DNA of 64,000 nt, taken from the NCBI RefSeq assembly GCF_036321535.1, contig NC_087441.1, forward strand, positions 40,672,001-40,736,000, in the 5' to 3' direction. Below are positions 11,690-23,997 of this stretch, piece by piece. The notes beneath the pieces were generated by a model that saw only the letters and a program-made list of their open reading frames with translations, was not told the origin of the DNA and did no database searches. Source of the stretch: Camelus dromedarius. Lineage: Eukaryota. Position 1 is the first letter of the stretch, and each line of letters begins with the position of its first letter. Made by a program: the position numbers and the translations under genes.

Positions 11690-12130
11690 CTTTTGTGAAA
11701 ACTTTATTATTGCATAACAATTTCATGATTTGGACAGAAAAATTGCAAAAATAGTACCGAGAACTCTTTTATACTCTCTGTCCAGTTTCACGTGTTAACA
11801 TTTTGTCATGTTTACTTCACCATTTTCCTTCTCTATCTAAACCGTTTTAGAGAAGATCACAAACATCATGACCCTTTACCCCTAAATACTTCAATGTGTG
11901 TTCCTGAAAACTGGGAAATTGTCTTACATAATCACATGCCAGTGTCAAAATCACATTATAATTCATATCTATAGTCATGTTTATACTTTGTCAGTCACCC
12001 CACAGTGTACTTTATAGCAACATTTCCAGTCAGTGCTACAGATTTGCAGTTAATTTTGATTTCATTTTAATCTGTTTTGATTTGGAACAGATTAATAATT
12101 TTTGAAGAAGGGTACCCAAGTAATGTCTAT
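11690..12130 (-). mobile_element. L1MC4/L1MC5-type 3' end
   Basis: 'acagaaaaattgcaaaaatagtaccgagaactc...gttaacattttgtcatg...catcatgaccctttacccctaaatacttcaatgtgtgttcct'. Confidence 0.75.
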
Positions 12131-12189
12131 CCTCCCAACTCTCTTTTTCTTGGTACTGAATTTGTTAATACCCAGAATTTCTTAAACAA

Positions 12190-12370
12190 TAGCAGAAGGG
12201 AAATAAGACTTGAAATCAAAAGATTTAAGGTCCAGTCTCAAGTCCCTGGATGTGTAAACAAGAGTAATTTTCTTAGCTGCAGTCTTCTTACTTGTAAAAT
12301 GTTTATCACCCTCACAAATATATTGTGAAGTATATTGTAAAAGGGCTTTACAAATAGAAATTATCCAAAT
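12190..12370 (+). mobile_element. MIR fragment
   Basis: 'gacttgaaatcaaaagatttaaggtccagtc...cttacttgtaaaatg...gtaaaagggctttacaaatag'. Confidence 0.6.
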
Positions 12371-12567
12371 ATTCATGATTCTTTTACATCTAACTAGCTA
12401 AATATCCCCTGATAATAAAGAAGATCCTATAAAATATTTAAAGATATAATAATAACACTCATCAGCATAACAAAATACAGGGTGATGTAGAAAAGTTGAA
12501 GGCATATCTAGAAGGAAAAAAAAAAAAAGTAGAGAATTCTAGCAAATTTGGTCACTTGAGGCTAAGA

Positions 12568-12670
12568 CAGGGTTTTTCAGCCTGGACACTTAACATTTTA
12601 GACATGAGAATTCATTGTCATTAGGATGAGGGTGCTGTTCTGTGCATCATATGTTTAGTAGTCATTGTGT
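12568..12670 (-). mobile_element. MER20 fragment (hAT-Charlie)
   Basis: 'cagggtttttcagcctggacacttaacatttta...gtgctgttctgtgcatcatatgtttagtag' is the reverse of the MER20 3' end. Confidence 0.7.
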
Positions 12671-13929
12671 GATGCTTTTTACGTCACTCAGCAAATCCCT
12701 ACTGGCTCAGAGTTATTCATTCCCACTGCAATGTGCATACACATAAACACCTACTTTCCAAGTATCAGTTTATTGTATAACTGTATTTTTACCTCTCTTT
12801 TGCTCACTGTTTCTGAACTTCTGGGTAGGAATCATGTATTGCTAACTCTCCCAGTACTGCAGTGTATTTCCTAATAAATATTTGTTGAAAGGAGAAAGAA
12901 ATGAGGGAAGAAAGCAAGGAAGAAAGAACCAAAGACCCAAGGGCATAATTTGGTACATAAGAGGTAGTGAAATAATTTGCAGAACTGAAAGAATGACCTG
13001 GATCCAAGAGTGCTTCATAAGAATCTGTCTGGAAGACATCACTTGATATTGACCATCTTTTTAACTGAAGAATTTAAAATTAAAACTGTTATTAAGCACA
13101 GATACTATATACTCAATGCTCCTCATTTCAGTTTTCCATCTAGAAGGGTATGTGTCAGTGACCTTTGTATATATTCATATGGCACTCATGCTTCCAAAGT
13201 GATAAAGTTGATGTTATGTTATTGATTCTTCCTTTCCTTTTTCCAAGTGGTACCAGAAGCGTATGCACATCTAATTAGAATGGAAAAGTTTATCTTACAT
13301 CTTTTTGGAGAAAAGATTTTTTTAAATTAAATATACCAGAGAAGAATGTCAAGATAATTTTTTAAAATCCATACCTAGCAATCTTGTGAAAGTATGTTAT
13401 TAGATTTATGTGGATAATATGGAATTGAGTTGCTTCTGATTTTCATACATAAAATTCCAAGGAAAACTTAGAAAAAAATGCAATAATTTATTATATACCT
13501 CGTATAATGGAAAATCTTTCAGTTCATTCATTGTCTCAATATTTACTTGTCTAGTGCCTCTGTTTTAACCAGAAACAAGAAAAAAAAAAACTATTTAGGG
13601 TAATATATATTTAGGAATAGAACACAAGCTTTACTTTTAAGTTATTGTGTTTAATATTGGTGTTTTGACAAGAAGTATAAAATTACAAAAGATGAATAGT
13701 GAATTTAACCAGAGATTTTGTGTAGAATGTTATAATGAAGAGAACTAACATGTGAAGAATGAGTAAATGTGTGAAAAAATCCACAGGCTTCAGACTCTCA
13801 GTATACCTGTATATTACCTGAAAACAGAATGCTTTTCCTCTGCTGTCAATTATATTCACATAGTAGGAGTGAAAAAATTTTTATTGAATAAATGATTGTG
13901 GAAGTTTCATGCTATTTTTGTTTTTCCTC

Positions 13930-14505
13930 CTATTCATAAATTCGCTCAATACAAAAATATTCATTGAACACTGATTATGTGTCAAATACTTTTATGAAGC
14001 TCAGGTATACTTAATGAATTTTTTAAAAAAAAGATTTCAGCTTTTGTGAAGTTTACATTATCGCCAGGCAAATAGACAATGATAGTATTTGTAATAAATA
14101 AGTAAGTTACATATTAGAAGATAGTACTTGCTATGAATTAAATAAAAAGTAGAGGCTAATAAGAGGCTCAAGGGTGAAGAGGAAGAAGTTGAAGCACTGA
14201 ATAGTATGATCAGGATAGTCCTTAAAGAAAAGGTAAGATATAAACAAATACTTAAAAGAAATGGGAATTAGGGAAGCAGATATTAGTAGTAGACGCATAC
14301 TGGGCAGAAAAAACAGTTCAGGCAAGTCCTTAAGGCATAATATTCAGAAGACAACATGGAGGGAAGTGTGGCTGGAATCAAGTAAATGAAGGGGAGAATA
14401 AACGGACAGCAGAGGGGTAATGAGGCCAGACCAAGGAGGGCTTTCTAGGCCATTGTATTTTATTTGACTTTTGGCTGAGTGGAATAGGGAGTCAACACAG
14501 CATTA
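13930..14505 (-). mobile_element. L2a 3' portion
   Basis: 'aaatattcattgaacactgattatgtgtcaaatac...atgatcaggatagtccttaaagaaaaggtaagatataaacaaatacttaaaag...gaggccagaccaaggagggc'. Confidence 0.8.
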
Positions 14506-14529
14506 GTAACAGATAACAGAAGTTAGCTT

Positions 14530-14802
14530 TTTATTTGTTTATTTCGTTGTAGTGTTGATGATGATTAAAGTAAAAGCCACAGTTATTTAAATGCAGGTTG
14601 AAGTGTACAATTCAGTTATCATAAATGTAAAAACTCAAATAAATACTTGCCCCAATATGATATAGAATATTTCCATCACCCCAGAAAGCTCCTTTGTGAC
14701 CCGTTCAGCCTATCTCCTCCTCCTCCGTAGGAAAGTATTTTTCTCATTTCTTTCATCATCATTATTTCAACTGTACTTGAACTTCATAGAAGTAGAATCA
14801 AA
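14530..14802 (-). mobile_element. Old L1 (L1MB/L1ME-type) 3' end, left piece
   Basis: 'gatatagaatatttccatcaccccagaaagctcctttgtgaccc...cttgaacttcatagaagtagaatcaaac'. Confidence 0.8.
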
Positions 14803-16367
14803 CGGAGGTGTGACCTAGATGGCAGGGTCGGAAAACCCTGAGGTCGCCTCTTCCCACAAACACATCAAAACTATAACTGCATACAGAACAACTGTCTCTG
14901 ACCTGAAGACCAGCAGAAAAGCTCTTCTACAGCTAAGGATATGAAGAAAAGGCCACACTGAGACAGGCAAGAGAGACAGAAAAGTGATCTAGACAGAATC
15001 CAAAAGAGGAAGGGGATATCACAAATGTAGGGATCCTCTCTAACAGCAAGGGGTTCAAGTCCCACTTTGGGCATCACATTCCTGGGAACCAGCACTGGAA
15101 AAATGAGCCTCCTTAATTTGTTTTGAAAATCAGCAGGGCTTATGATCATAGTCAAAGGACTATAGCAAATTGAGACACCATTCTTAAAGGGCACGTGCAC
15201 AAACTTGCTCAGAATCCTGGTGAAGAGAAAGCAGATTGAAAAGCACCTGGCATTCTAGCTAGCTTGGCAAGGTTGCCCTAACATATCTCCATCACACCCA
15301 GCTCTAGCTCTAATTCCCAGGCCAAGACAATGGCCCCAAGCACACCCCAGAAGGAACCCTGGCCCACACTGGGCTCCAGCACCAGGTTCCAGCATCATCA
15401 CCCCACCCCTCCAACGTGGTTGCTTCTGGACACACCCCTGGAGAAGCTCTTGACTTAAGATTGCTTCAGCTCTAGCCCTCCTGCCGAAGTCCCTGGGCAC
15501 ATCCAGTCTGCATAGGGATACTCCTGCAATAGGACACACCATCAAGACCAGGGAGGTCACTGTTTTGCTTAATTCATAGAGTTAAACACAAAAGCCAAAA
15601 TGAGAAGACAGAGGAATATGTTCCCCAAAAAGGAACAAGATAAAACCCCAGAAAAGGGAAACAAAAATATGTAATTGACCTGATAAAGAATTCAAAGCAA
15701 CAGTCACACAAATGCTCACTGAACTGAGGTGAAGAAAATAGGAACATAGAACTTCAAAAAGAATTAGAAAATATAAAAAAGAAACAATCAGAGCTGAAGA
15801 ATACAGCAACTGAAATGAAAAATACACAGGAGGGAATAAACGGCAAACTAGATGATACAGAAGAATGCATAGGTGACAGAAAATCAATAAGGAAACATTG
15901 GCCTTAAATGACACATTTTTGACTAAATGGACTTAATAGATATCTACAGAGCATTCCATCCAAAAACAGCAAAGTATACCTTCTATTCAAGGGCACATGG
16001 AACATTCTCCAGAATAGATCACATGTTAGGTAACAAAACAAGTCTCAATAAAATTGAAGAATATATCAAGCATCATTTCCACAGACAACAGTAAGAAACT
16101 AGAAATCAATTAAAGGAAGAAAACTGGAAAAAAACACAGACGCGTGAAGACTAAACAACATGCTACTAAAAAACAATGCGTCAGCAAAGAAATCAAAGAG
16201 GAAATTTTTAAAAGTTCCTAGAGACAAATGAAAATAGAAATGCAAGTTTCCAAAATCTATGGGATACAGCAAAAACAGTTCTAAGAGGGAAGTTTATGGC
16301 AATACTGGCATACCTCAAGAAATAAGAAAAATCTCAAATAAACAATCTTAACTTTTCTCATAAAGGA
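14803..16367 (+). mobile_element. L1 5' portion: 5' UTR, ORF1 start, internal deletion, ORF2 endonuclease fragment; 3' end missing
   Basis: 5' UTR-type start 'ggaggtgtgacctagatggcagggtcggaaaaccctgaggtc'; ORF1 ATG at 15600 (MRRQRNMFPKKEQDKTPEK); after about 15880 an ORF2 APE-domain remnant QKINKETLALNDT / MDLIDIYRAFHPKTAKYTFYSRAHGTFSRIDHMLGNKTSLNK with stops and frameshifts. Confidence 0.88.
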
Positions 16368-16803
16368 TTCGTTTTTACTTCTAAGTGGTATTCCACTGTA
16401 CAAATACTATAATTTGCTATTTGTAATCCTGTGGATGGACATTTGAGTTATATACATTTTTTTTTGGCAATTAGGAATAAGGCTGCTATGAATGTTCTTG
16501 TACAAGTCATTTTGAAGATACATTTTTATTTCTATATGAAATAAAACATTTTTACTCCTAGGTATTAACTAGAATTGCTAAGTGATTGTCTTATGTTTAA
16601 TTTTATAAGAAACTCTAATTTTTTCAAGGTGCTTGTATCACATTGCCCTGCCATGAGCAATGTATGAGTTTCAGTTGCTCCACATCCTTGCCAATAACAC
16701 CAGAAAACATTTTTTTCTGGTTGGTGTATAATAGTACATCATTGTGATTTAATTTGCATTTCCCTGATGATTTGTGATATCAGCACCTTCTCATATATTT
16801 TCC
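16368..16803 (-). mobile_element. Old L1 3' end, right piece (continuation of 14530-14802)
   Basis: 'tggtattccactgta...gatggacatttgagtt...taggaataaggctgctatgaatgttcttgtacaagtc...tttaatttgcatttccctgatga'. Confidence 0.8.
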
Positions 16804-17563
16804 TACAATTTAACTCAATTCTTACATTACCTACCTGGAGATAACATCACATCTCATAGATTAAGGTCTCAGTCCTACAAGACTGCCCCCCCATTTCGAA
16901 TGCCAATTGCAAGTCCAGGCTGTTGTTACCTATGCTTCTGACCAACTGGCTACAGTTCAGAGGTTCCCAGGACCCCCTCCTCAGGCTGGATTAATTTGCC
17001 AGAGTGGCTCACAGAACTCAGGAACACATTTTCCTAATTAGGCTAAATATAGCTCAGAAATAGCCAAACGGAAGAGATGCCTATGGGAAGGTATGTGGGA
17101 AAGGGGAAAGGAGCTTCCATACCTCCTCTAGGCATACCACTCTCCTGGCACCTTCATGAGTTCACCAACCTGGAAACTCTCTGAACCTAATCCTTTAGGA
17201 TTTTTATGGAGCCCTCATTATATAGGCAGGGTTGATTAAATCACTGGCCATTGGAGATTAACTCGATCTCTAGCCCTTTTCCCCTCCCCAGAGGTCAGAG
17301 GCTAAGACTGAATGTTCCAACTCTAATCAAAGCTGGTTTCCCTTGTAACCAGCCCTCAGGCTTAAGTTACCTAAGGGCTTTTCAAAATTCATCCCATTAA
17401 TATAAACTCAAGTGTGGTTGAAAGGGGCTTGTTATGAATAACAAAAGACACCCATTTCACCTTTAGCATGCTTATCACTTAAGAAATTCCAAGGGTTTAG
17501 GAACTCTGAGCCAGAAACTGGGACAAAGATCAAATATATGTTTATTATAAATCACAATATCAG
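16803..17563. mobile_element. ERV LTR, MER21C-like
   Basis: 'ctcagtcctacaagactgccccccc...gccaattgcaagtccaggc...ccagagtggctcacagaactcagg...ttcaccaacctggaaactctctgaacc...gaaattccaagggtttaggaactctg'. Confidence 0.8.
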
Positions 17564-17633
17564 TTACATATTTACAGGTTCCAGGGATTAGGGTGTGACC
17601 ATCTTTAGAGGGCTGTTATTCTGCCTACCAAAA
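17564..17633 (-). mobile_element. MLT1A-D-type LTR 5' tip
   Basis: 'tatttacaggttccagggattagggtgtgaccatctttagagggctgttattctgcctacca' is the reverse of the MLT1 start. Confidence 0.75.
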
Positions 17634-17634
17634 C

Positions 17635-18712
17635 TATATCTGCTTACTCCAATCTTCTACTAAATCCATCCACAGAACTTTCATTTCAGATGCTAAATTT
17701 TTCATTTCTAGACTTTCAAAAAAATTTTATAGCTTTCATTTCTCTACCAATAGTTCCCATCTGTTCACTCTCATCGTAACCAATTTTTAAATTGTATCAT
17801 TATGAGAGATACTTAAATGTCCTTACCTGTTAATTCTCTACCAATTACAAATGGTCTATTGATATTGATTGCTTTCCTCCTTGATAATGGCTCACATTAT
17901 CCTATATCTTTACATATCTAATACATTTTTATTGTACACTTGTTATTATGAATTGAGACTTTGCGTTCTATTTCCTGTGAAAAATGATGATTTTTTTTCT
18001 AATAACCAGTTTAATTACTGACTGATCACATAGAATTTTTGAAGTCTTGGTTCTATACTTTGAACACATCTGTTTCCATTTTGCTCTTAGCACTTGAGCA
18101 AATCAGGGAACATAATATTTGCATCTAATATGGGGAATTTCATAGGTTTCAATGGAAAGGCTAAGGTATTTACCAAACCCCTTCTTCTTGGCAGGACTCA
18201 ACTCCAAACCTGTCTTCCCAATATGAGTTTCAGCCATCAGTTGTTGATTTCCTCTGGACTCCTTAATGAATTTCAGGAAATCATCCACAGGTTTGAGGGG
18301 AATTTTGAAGCAGATTTGGTGGTCCTGTATCTGTGGTTCCTTTTATGGGCTTTCTCCCCTTAATTTCCAGTCACTCTGTCAGCTCCTACCTCTTGTAAAA
18401 TTACAAGTCAAAAAAACTGTGGCTTCTGCTTAATTTTATCCAACTGCACCACACATTAATTGGGTATTGCCCTCAGGAAAAAAGTCCTTGTAAATGCAAC
18501 TGTTACCCAGTATGGCACCCTTCTTTCATATGTTAAATCCCTTTTAGTGTCTGCCTACTTTGGATTATGCTGCAGTACTAATCCAAAATAGGCACACACT
18601 GAGAGGGATTTAACTGCTTTTTAAAAAATATTTTGTTCTGGGTTTATAATTGCTATCTGCTGGAAGGTTTGTCTGATACAAGCAACTCCACCAGTATCAA
18701 AACTGGAAATTC
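17635..18712 (-). mobile_element. Old L1M (L1MD/ME) 5'/ORF1 region
   Basis: 'aaatccatccacagaactttcatttcagatgctaaatttttcatttctaga' and 'gggtttataattgctatctgctggaaggtttgtctgatacaagcaactccacc'. Confidence 0.65.
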
Positions 18713-18789
18713 GACCTAAGTTTTTAAAGAATAAGGACATACTTTTAGGATAACTCTGCCTTTTACCTTGAGAATATACAGTGAGGGAG

Positions 18790-19196
18790 GAAGACAAGAA
18801 TTGAAACTGAAAGATAATAGGAAGTTTCTTGCAATGATCCAGTGAAGAAATAAGACTGGCTTGTACTAGAATGGCAGCACTGAGGTGGTGAGAAGTGGTC
18901 AATTTATGATATAGTTTTTAAGTAGAGCCAAAAGAACATCCTGATAGATTGAGGAAAGAGTATAAAAGAAGGAAGTCAAGGATTTCTCCAAGACTTAATA
19001 ACTGGCATGAGGAATTTGGTGACTGGCATGGGAAAGTTACGTTGAACCTTGGGGGGATGAGAGCAAGGAATATGAGTTTAATTTTAAATGTATTGAAATC
19101 AAGATGTCTATCAGACATCTAGGTAGACGTAGCAAGTAGCATGCACAAGTCTGGAGTTCAAGAGAGAGGTCTGACTGGAGATGTAAATTCAGGGGT
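18790..19196 (-). mobile_element. L2a, left piece
   Basis: 'tagaatggcagcactgaggtggtgagaagtggtc...ggaagtcaaggatttctccaagac...ctggagttcaagagagaggtctgactggagatgtaaattcagggg'. Confidence 0.85.
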
Positions 19197-19705
19197 CACA
19201 TTAGTTACCTATTGCTATCTAACAAATTAGCCCAAAATTTAGCATCTTAAAGGGAAAAAAAAAGTTATCTCACACAGTTTCTGCATGTTAGAAGTCCAGA
19301 CATGGCTTAGCTGAATGGTTCTTGCTCAGAGCTTCTCATGAAGGTGCAATCAAGTTGCAATCAAAACTGAGACTGTAGTCTCTGAAAACTTGATTGAGGC
19401 TTGGAGAATCTGCTTCCAATCTCAGTCATGTTGCTGTTGGCAGGAGGCTTCATTTCTCACTGTATGGACCTCTGCAGGGCTTCCTACACAGAACAGTTGA
19501 TGACTGAGAGAGAGAGGGGGAGATTGAAAGAGAGGGCAAACCCAAGATGAAAACCCTAATCTCAAAAGTGACATTTCATCACTTAGTCCTGTTAGAAGAG
19601 AGTCACTGTGTTCAATCCACACTCACTACTCAGGGAAGTAGAATTAGTCTCAATCTTTTGGAGGGAGGACTATCAAAGACTTTGAGACATCTTTAAAATT
19701 ACCAT
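19197..19705 (-). mobile_element. MLT1E/F solo LTR inserted in L2
   Basis: 'cattagttacctattgctatctaacaaattagcccaaaatttagc...gacatggcttagctgaatggttc...gagggaggactatcaaagactttgagacatctttaaaattacca'. Confidence 0.85.
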
Positions 19706-19930
19706 GGAAGTAATCAGCACACAGATAATATTTAAGGTCATAGGACGGGATGAGATCATCAAGGGAAAATGTGAGACAGAGAAATCCAAGATTTGACTTC
19801 TGGATCAGACCAACAGAAAGAGGTGAAAGAAAAGAGAAGAAATAAATAAATGAGGTTTTGAGCGAGAAATCATTGAGATAGTAGGAAAACAAAAAGATCG
19901 TAGGTCCTTGAAGCTGGAAAAATAAAAAAT
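19706..19930 (-). mobile_element. L2a, right piece
   Basis: 'gaagtaatcagcacacagataatatttaaggtcataggacgggatgagatcatcaaggg' resumes the L2 at the interruption point. Confidence 0.8.
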
Positions 19931-20029
19931 GCATTGTGTTCTAAGCCCTGTGATAGACTTTACAATGAGAGCTGCTCTACTTTTTTACACTTAGTTTACA
20001 GACATTAATCACACTTAACATATACTGCA

Positions 20030-20250
20030 TAATTATTACATGCTGCAGATATGTCTGGCCATTTTAAAATATGTTATTTCATCCTCATAATAAATCAAAA
20101 AGGAGAGTTTAATTATTCAGAATTTTACAGATGAGAAATGTATGGTTCAGAGTTAAAAAAAAAAAAACTTGTCCAATTTCACATAAGTAAATTGCAAAGC
20201 TCATAAATGAACTATGTTCAGTCTTATCCAAAACCCAAGTTCTAGCACCA
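20030..20250 (-). mobile_element. MIR
   Basis: 'ttatttcatcctcataat...attttacagatgagaaatgtatggttcagag...cttgtccaatttcacata'. Confidence 0.7.
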
Positions 20251-20479
20251 GCTTTCAAAACAATCACTAAATTATAAACACTTTTAAATGGCTATCTCTT
20301 ACATCTACCATTATTTAATTATTTTAGCCAAAAAAACAAAGTTAGTGTTTTCTTAAAAATTGAACATAATCCTTAAGAATTATGAAATAACCTCTTTATA
20401 AATGAAGGCATTTACTCCAATATGCAAAGTATATAAAATAATATCAATACAATAAAACATGATAATGCTTCAGCAATGT

Positions 20480-20800
20480 CCATTGCATTCAACCCTTCCT
20501 TTTCATTTCCACTGCTACCAGTTTTCTTACTTACCTCTTGTCATGTTATTTGGCTCCCATTTCTCTCCCCCTAAATATATATAACTGGACATGGTAGCTC
20601 TGGACATAATTGCCATGTTAACTTTTGGGAACACAAGTATCATCCTGGCTTGTCACTAGTCAGCACATTTCAATGCCTAAACGGAGCCAAGTCCAGACCT
20701 GTGATTCTGGTTTTCCTATCTAATCTCATCTTAGCCTGGCCTCCAGTACAGACAGCCTATAAATATTTTATGTAGTCCTATCTCCATGTCTTTTTTAATT
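20480..20800 (+). mobile_element. Decayed L2 3' fragment
   Basis: 'ccttccttttcatttccactgctacc' and 'tttttggaacacaagtatcatcctggcttgtcactagtcagcacatttcaatg'. Confidence 0.45.
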
Positions 20801-22819
20801 CCCCTCCCCAAAATGTTTACTGTCTCTTCCAACAATCCTCTAATATAATCAATCAGTCTATATCTTGCCAAGTGTCACAAGGGTCCTCCATTCTCTGAGC
20901 TCCTGATGCCACCAAGTTCTTACCACCCTTTTTCATATTCTTAATTTTGCCTGTGTGCATTTGTTTACCACGGGTGTACAAGCTTCTTTCTGAGAAATAC
21001 TATGTCTACCATATTTGTGAATCTTACAGCTTATGGTAGTACAGCCTCTTAGTGTAGCAGCAAAGCCTCTGCTGATAAGATACTTAATATTAATTTAATA
21101 TGAACTAATCGATGTTAAGTATTCTGTGTACAATCATAGCAAATGCAGAGAGCTTACTCTGCACCTTATACTTTTCTCAGAGTTTTATGTATATTAACTC
21201 ACAAATTTTCTCTTCTAATTTCCTAAAACTTTGCCAAAAATGTCTAAAATTCACTTTTGGGAAAAAGAACAGTTGAGCATGCTAACTTAATGTAATTTAA
21301 ACAACCTGTGTGACATACCCAAACATACCATGCTTGTAACTTAAGCGAAATGCTGTCCTGTGCTTCTGGCTTCCCTGTCAGAGCACAGACAGTGAATATT
21401 GAAGTTAATGTGTCGGGTTATCACTCCTTCCTTAGTAGCGCCTCTTTGTCTCCATAAACCATCATCCTTATCCCATCTACTTTAAATAAATATAACCAAT
21501 GACTTGTGTTTCCATGTATATTTAGCATTGCTAGATAACTACTAAAAAGCACTTCATTACATTGTGAATATAGGCCTAGTTTAGTCAAATTTTGTGAACT
21601 ATAGTGCAAAGTAACCTCAGGTGTCTAAATCAATATAAGAAAAGTTACCCTATTTTGTTGGTTGTAGTACCTGAACTTGGAATAATGCTAATTGTAGACA
21701 CAGAAGGAATCAAATAATACAATGCTGTACTATGAGGTTTGACCCTCTGAAGTTTGTCTTTTTTTCACACAATCTTAGAAGAACAGAGATCTAACGTTTA
21801 CTTTTTCTTGATGAAGAATAAGGCTGTATTGATAGCTGAAAAAGGAAAATCAACTCATTTGTTTTTACAATCAGCAGCTTGTAATCTATGGTCTTCTTTT
21901 TATACATTGCCCCTAAATTTCTGTGGACCTAGCAGTTTCAGAAATGGAACATTTTATGAGGGATATCAAAGTACTACAAAATTTCCAAAGCAAGTTACCT
22001 GGAATTGGAAATCCTGATAAAAGTAGAAACTGCTTTGCAATTTCCTCAAGGTGCTCATTCAATATTGTTTCCTAGTGCTTGGCAGACTCTCTTCCTCATC
22101 TCTGTCTCACTGTACCTGAATGCAAAGATAAATGGACTCATAACATACCCATCTCAAAAGGAAAGAGAAGGGCATTACTTGGCTCAGCAAAGAATTGTGG
22201 CAGGAAGGTTTTGGGGGCTCCCCAAAACCCAGTCATGGTGTTCACTCTGGTTTGGATTTAATCGGAAAAGTATATGGAATTTTAATTGAAAAAAAATAAA
22301 GAACTATTACTTTCTTGAGCTATTATAAAGGAATGATTATCTACTAGCATATTGCTCTCAACAAACCAGATGAAACTTTAGTACATCCTTCCAAATCTCC
22401 TCATGATTTAATCTTGAATTGAGCAACATGGAACAAAAGAGTCAATTTCCTTTTTAAGAAACAAATGTTTAATCATCACACTGGACCCACGCCAACCTGC
22501 AAAATCCTTAGGACTGGAAAAACACAAAAATAAAAACAAAAGACAGAACATTTTTTTCAAAGACACTTACAGCAATGTCCAGTATTGTTAAATTGTTCCA
22601 GTTTGTCTCCACAAATCCAAGTACCCTACTCTCTGCCCTTTTTCCAGTTGCTACTACTTCTTTCCAGCATCTCACTTTGGATTCCTAGAACTTTCAAATC
22701 TATCCTTGAACCTCAATTTAAATATTTAAAGAAATAAACTAAAAACATTTCCTAAGAAATATCAATGGTATTACTTTTCTTTTTAGAGTTTTTGTGTTTT
22801 AAATTTAATTTTAAAGAAA

Positions 22820-23290
22820 ATGTCTTCTGAGCACTCATTCTGTTCCAAATTCTGGAAAAAGAGTGAAGGAGAGGCCTAGACCCCGCATCTGGGTTTTCAC
22901 AGTCTAGCAGGGGAGACAGAATTGTAGCAGATGACTAATCTACACTGTGTTGAGGTTAAGACAGAACAGTGTTACAGGTACAGAGGAAAATGAGACATTT
23001 TACTCTCTATTTGAGGGGTCATGGATACGTTGGAAGAAGTACATAATGTGAGATATTTGTGGGACTCTAATCTGGAGATATCCAGGAAGAACTGATTATT
23101 TGGGTCTGGGACTCTCTAAAACATCAGAGCTGAAGATGTTAATTTGAAAAGCATCTGTGTCATTCATCTCCAGATAACAGAGAAATCTGTAAATGAGTAT
23201 TTTGTAAAGACTATAACTTGGATTAATAATATCATGAGAAAATAGGGCTCCAGGATCAAATATGATTAAGGAATACCACCTTTACCCTCT
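22820..23290 (-). mobile_element. Decayed L2 fragments
   Basis: 'tgagcactcattctgttcca...ttttcacagtctagcagggggagacaga' and 'ggagatatccaggaagaactgattatttgggtctgggactc'. Confidence 0.55.
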
Positions 23291-23770
23291 CCTTTGGAAA
23301 TCTGTAAATGACATTAACACTTTAAAGAAACTGACAAATCCTACAATTAATCAAGATATAGGAAGAGAACTGGAAGAAGTGTTTACTAAGGAAGCCAAAA
23401 GAACAAAACATTTCAAGAAGATAAATATCATTTGTATAAATATGAGAAGAAATCCCAGAAGTTAAGAATTGGCGGGGAGAGTGTCTCACTCAGTTTGTTG
23501 TTCCACAGTTCAGCAGAAACCAGGGCATATATTATGTGCTCAATGAATATGTGGCAGATTAATCAGTGAATACAGAAATGCAAGAACAAAAAAAGTAATT
23601 CCTCATACAATTACATTCAACATTCTACTAAATGCCTATAAAGACAGAGAAAAAGACTGGCAGCAGTACAAAAAATTTCAGATAAAAGAACATTATTCAG
23701 TTCTCGTGAAAACCTCATAAAATACAGAGCATTTAATAGGGCTTTGGAATTATATTCTTAGGCTCTATAG

Positions 23771-23997
23771 CAGTGGTTCTCAATGGGAAGGAAGGGGAAC
23801 AGTCTTGCTCTCCAAGGAACATTTAGCAACATCTGGAGACACTTTTGGTTATCACAACTTGGGTAGGGTGTGGCGACTTGCATCTACTGGATAGAAACCA
23901 GGGAAGCTGCTAAACATCCTGCAGCACACAGGACAGCCCCCTCGGCAATGAATCATGTAATCCAAAACGTCAGTGGCATCGCTGTCATGAAATCCTG
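23771..23997 (+). mobile_element. MER20, full length (hAT-Charlie)
   Basis: 'cagtggttctcaa...acatttagcaacatctggagacacttttggttatcacaact...gctgctaaacatcctgcagcacacaggacagcccc...gaaatcctg'. Confidence 0.9.

Noticed and set aside
14871-15914. Three minus-strand ORFs of 101-110 aa
   Set aside because: Antisense frames of the L1 5' UTR and ORF1; common chance products of L1 composition
22050-22260. Possible LTR fragment
   Set aside because: Could not match it to a consensus with any confidence
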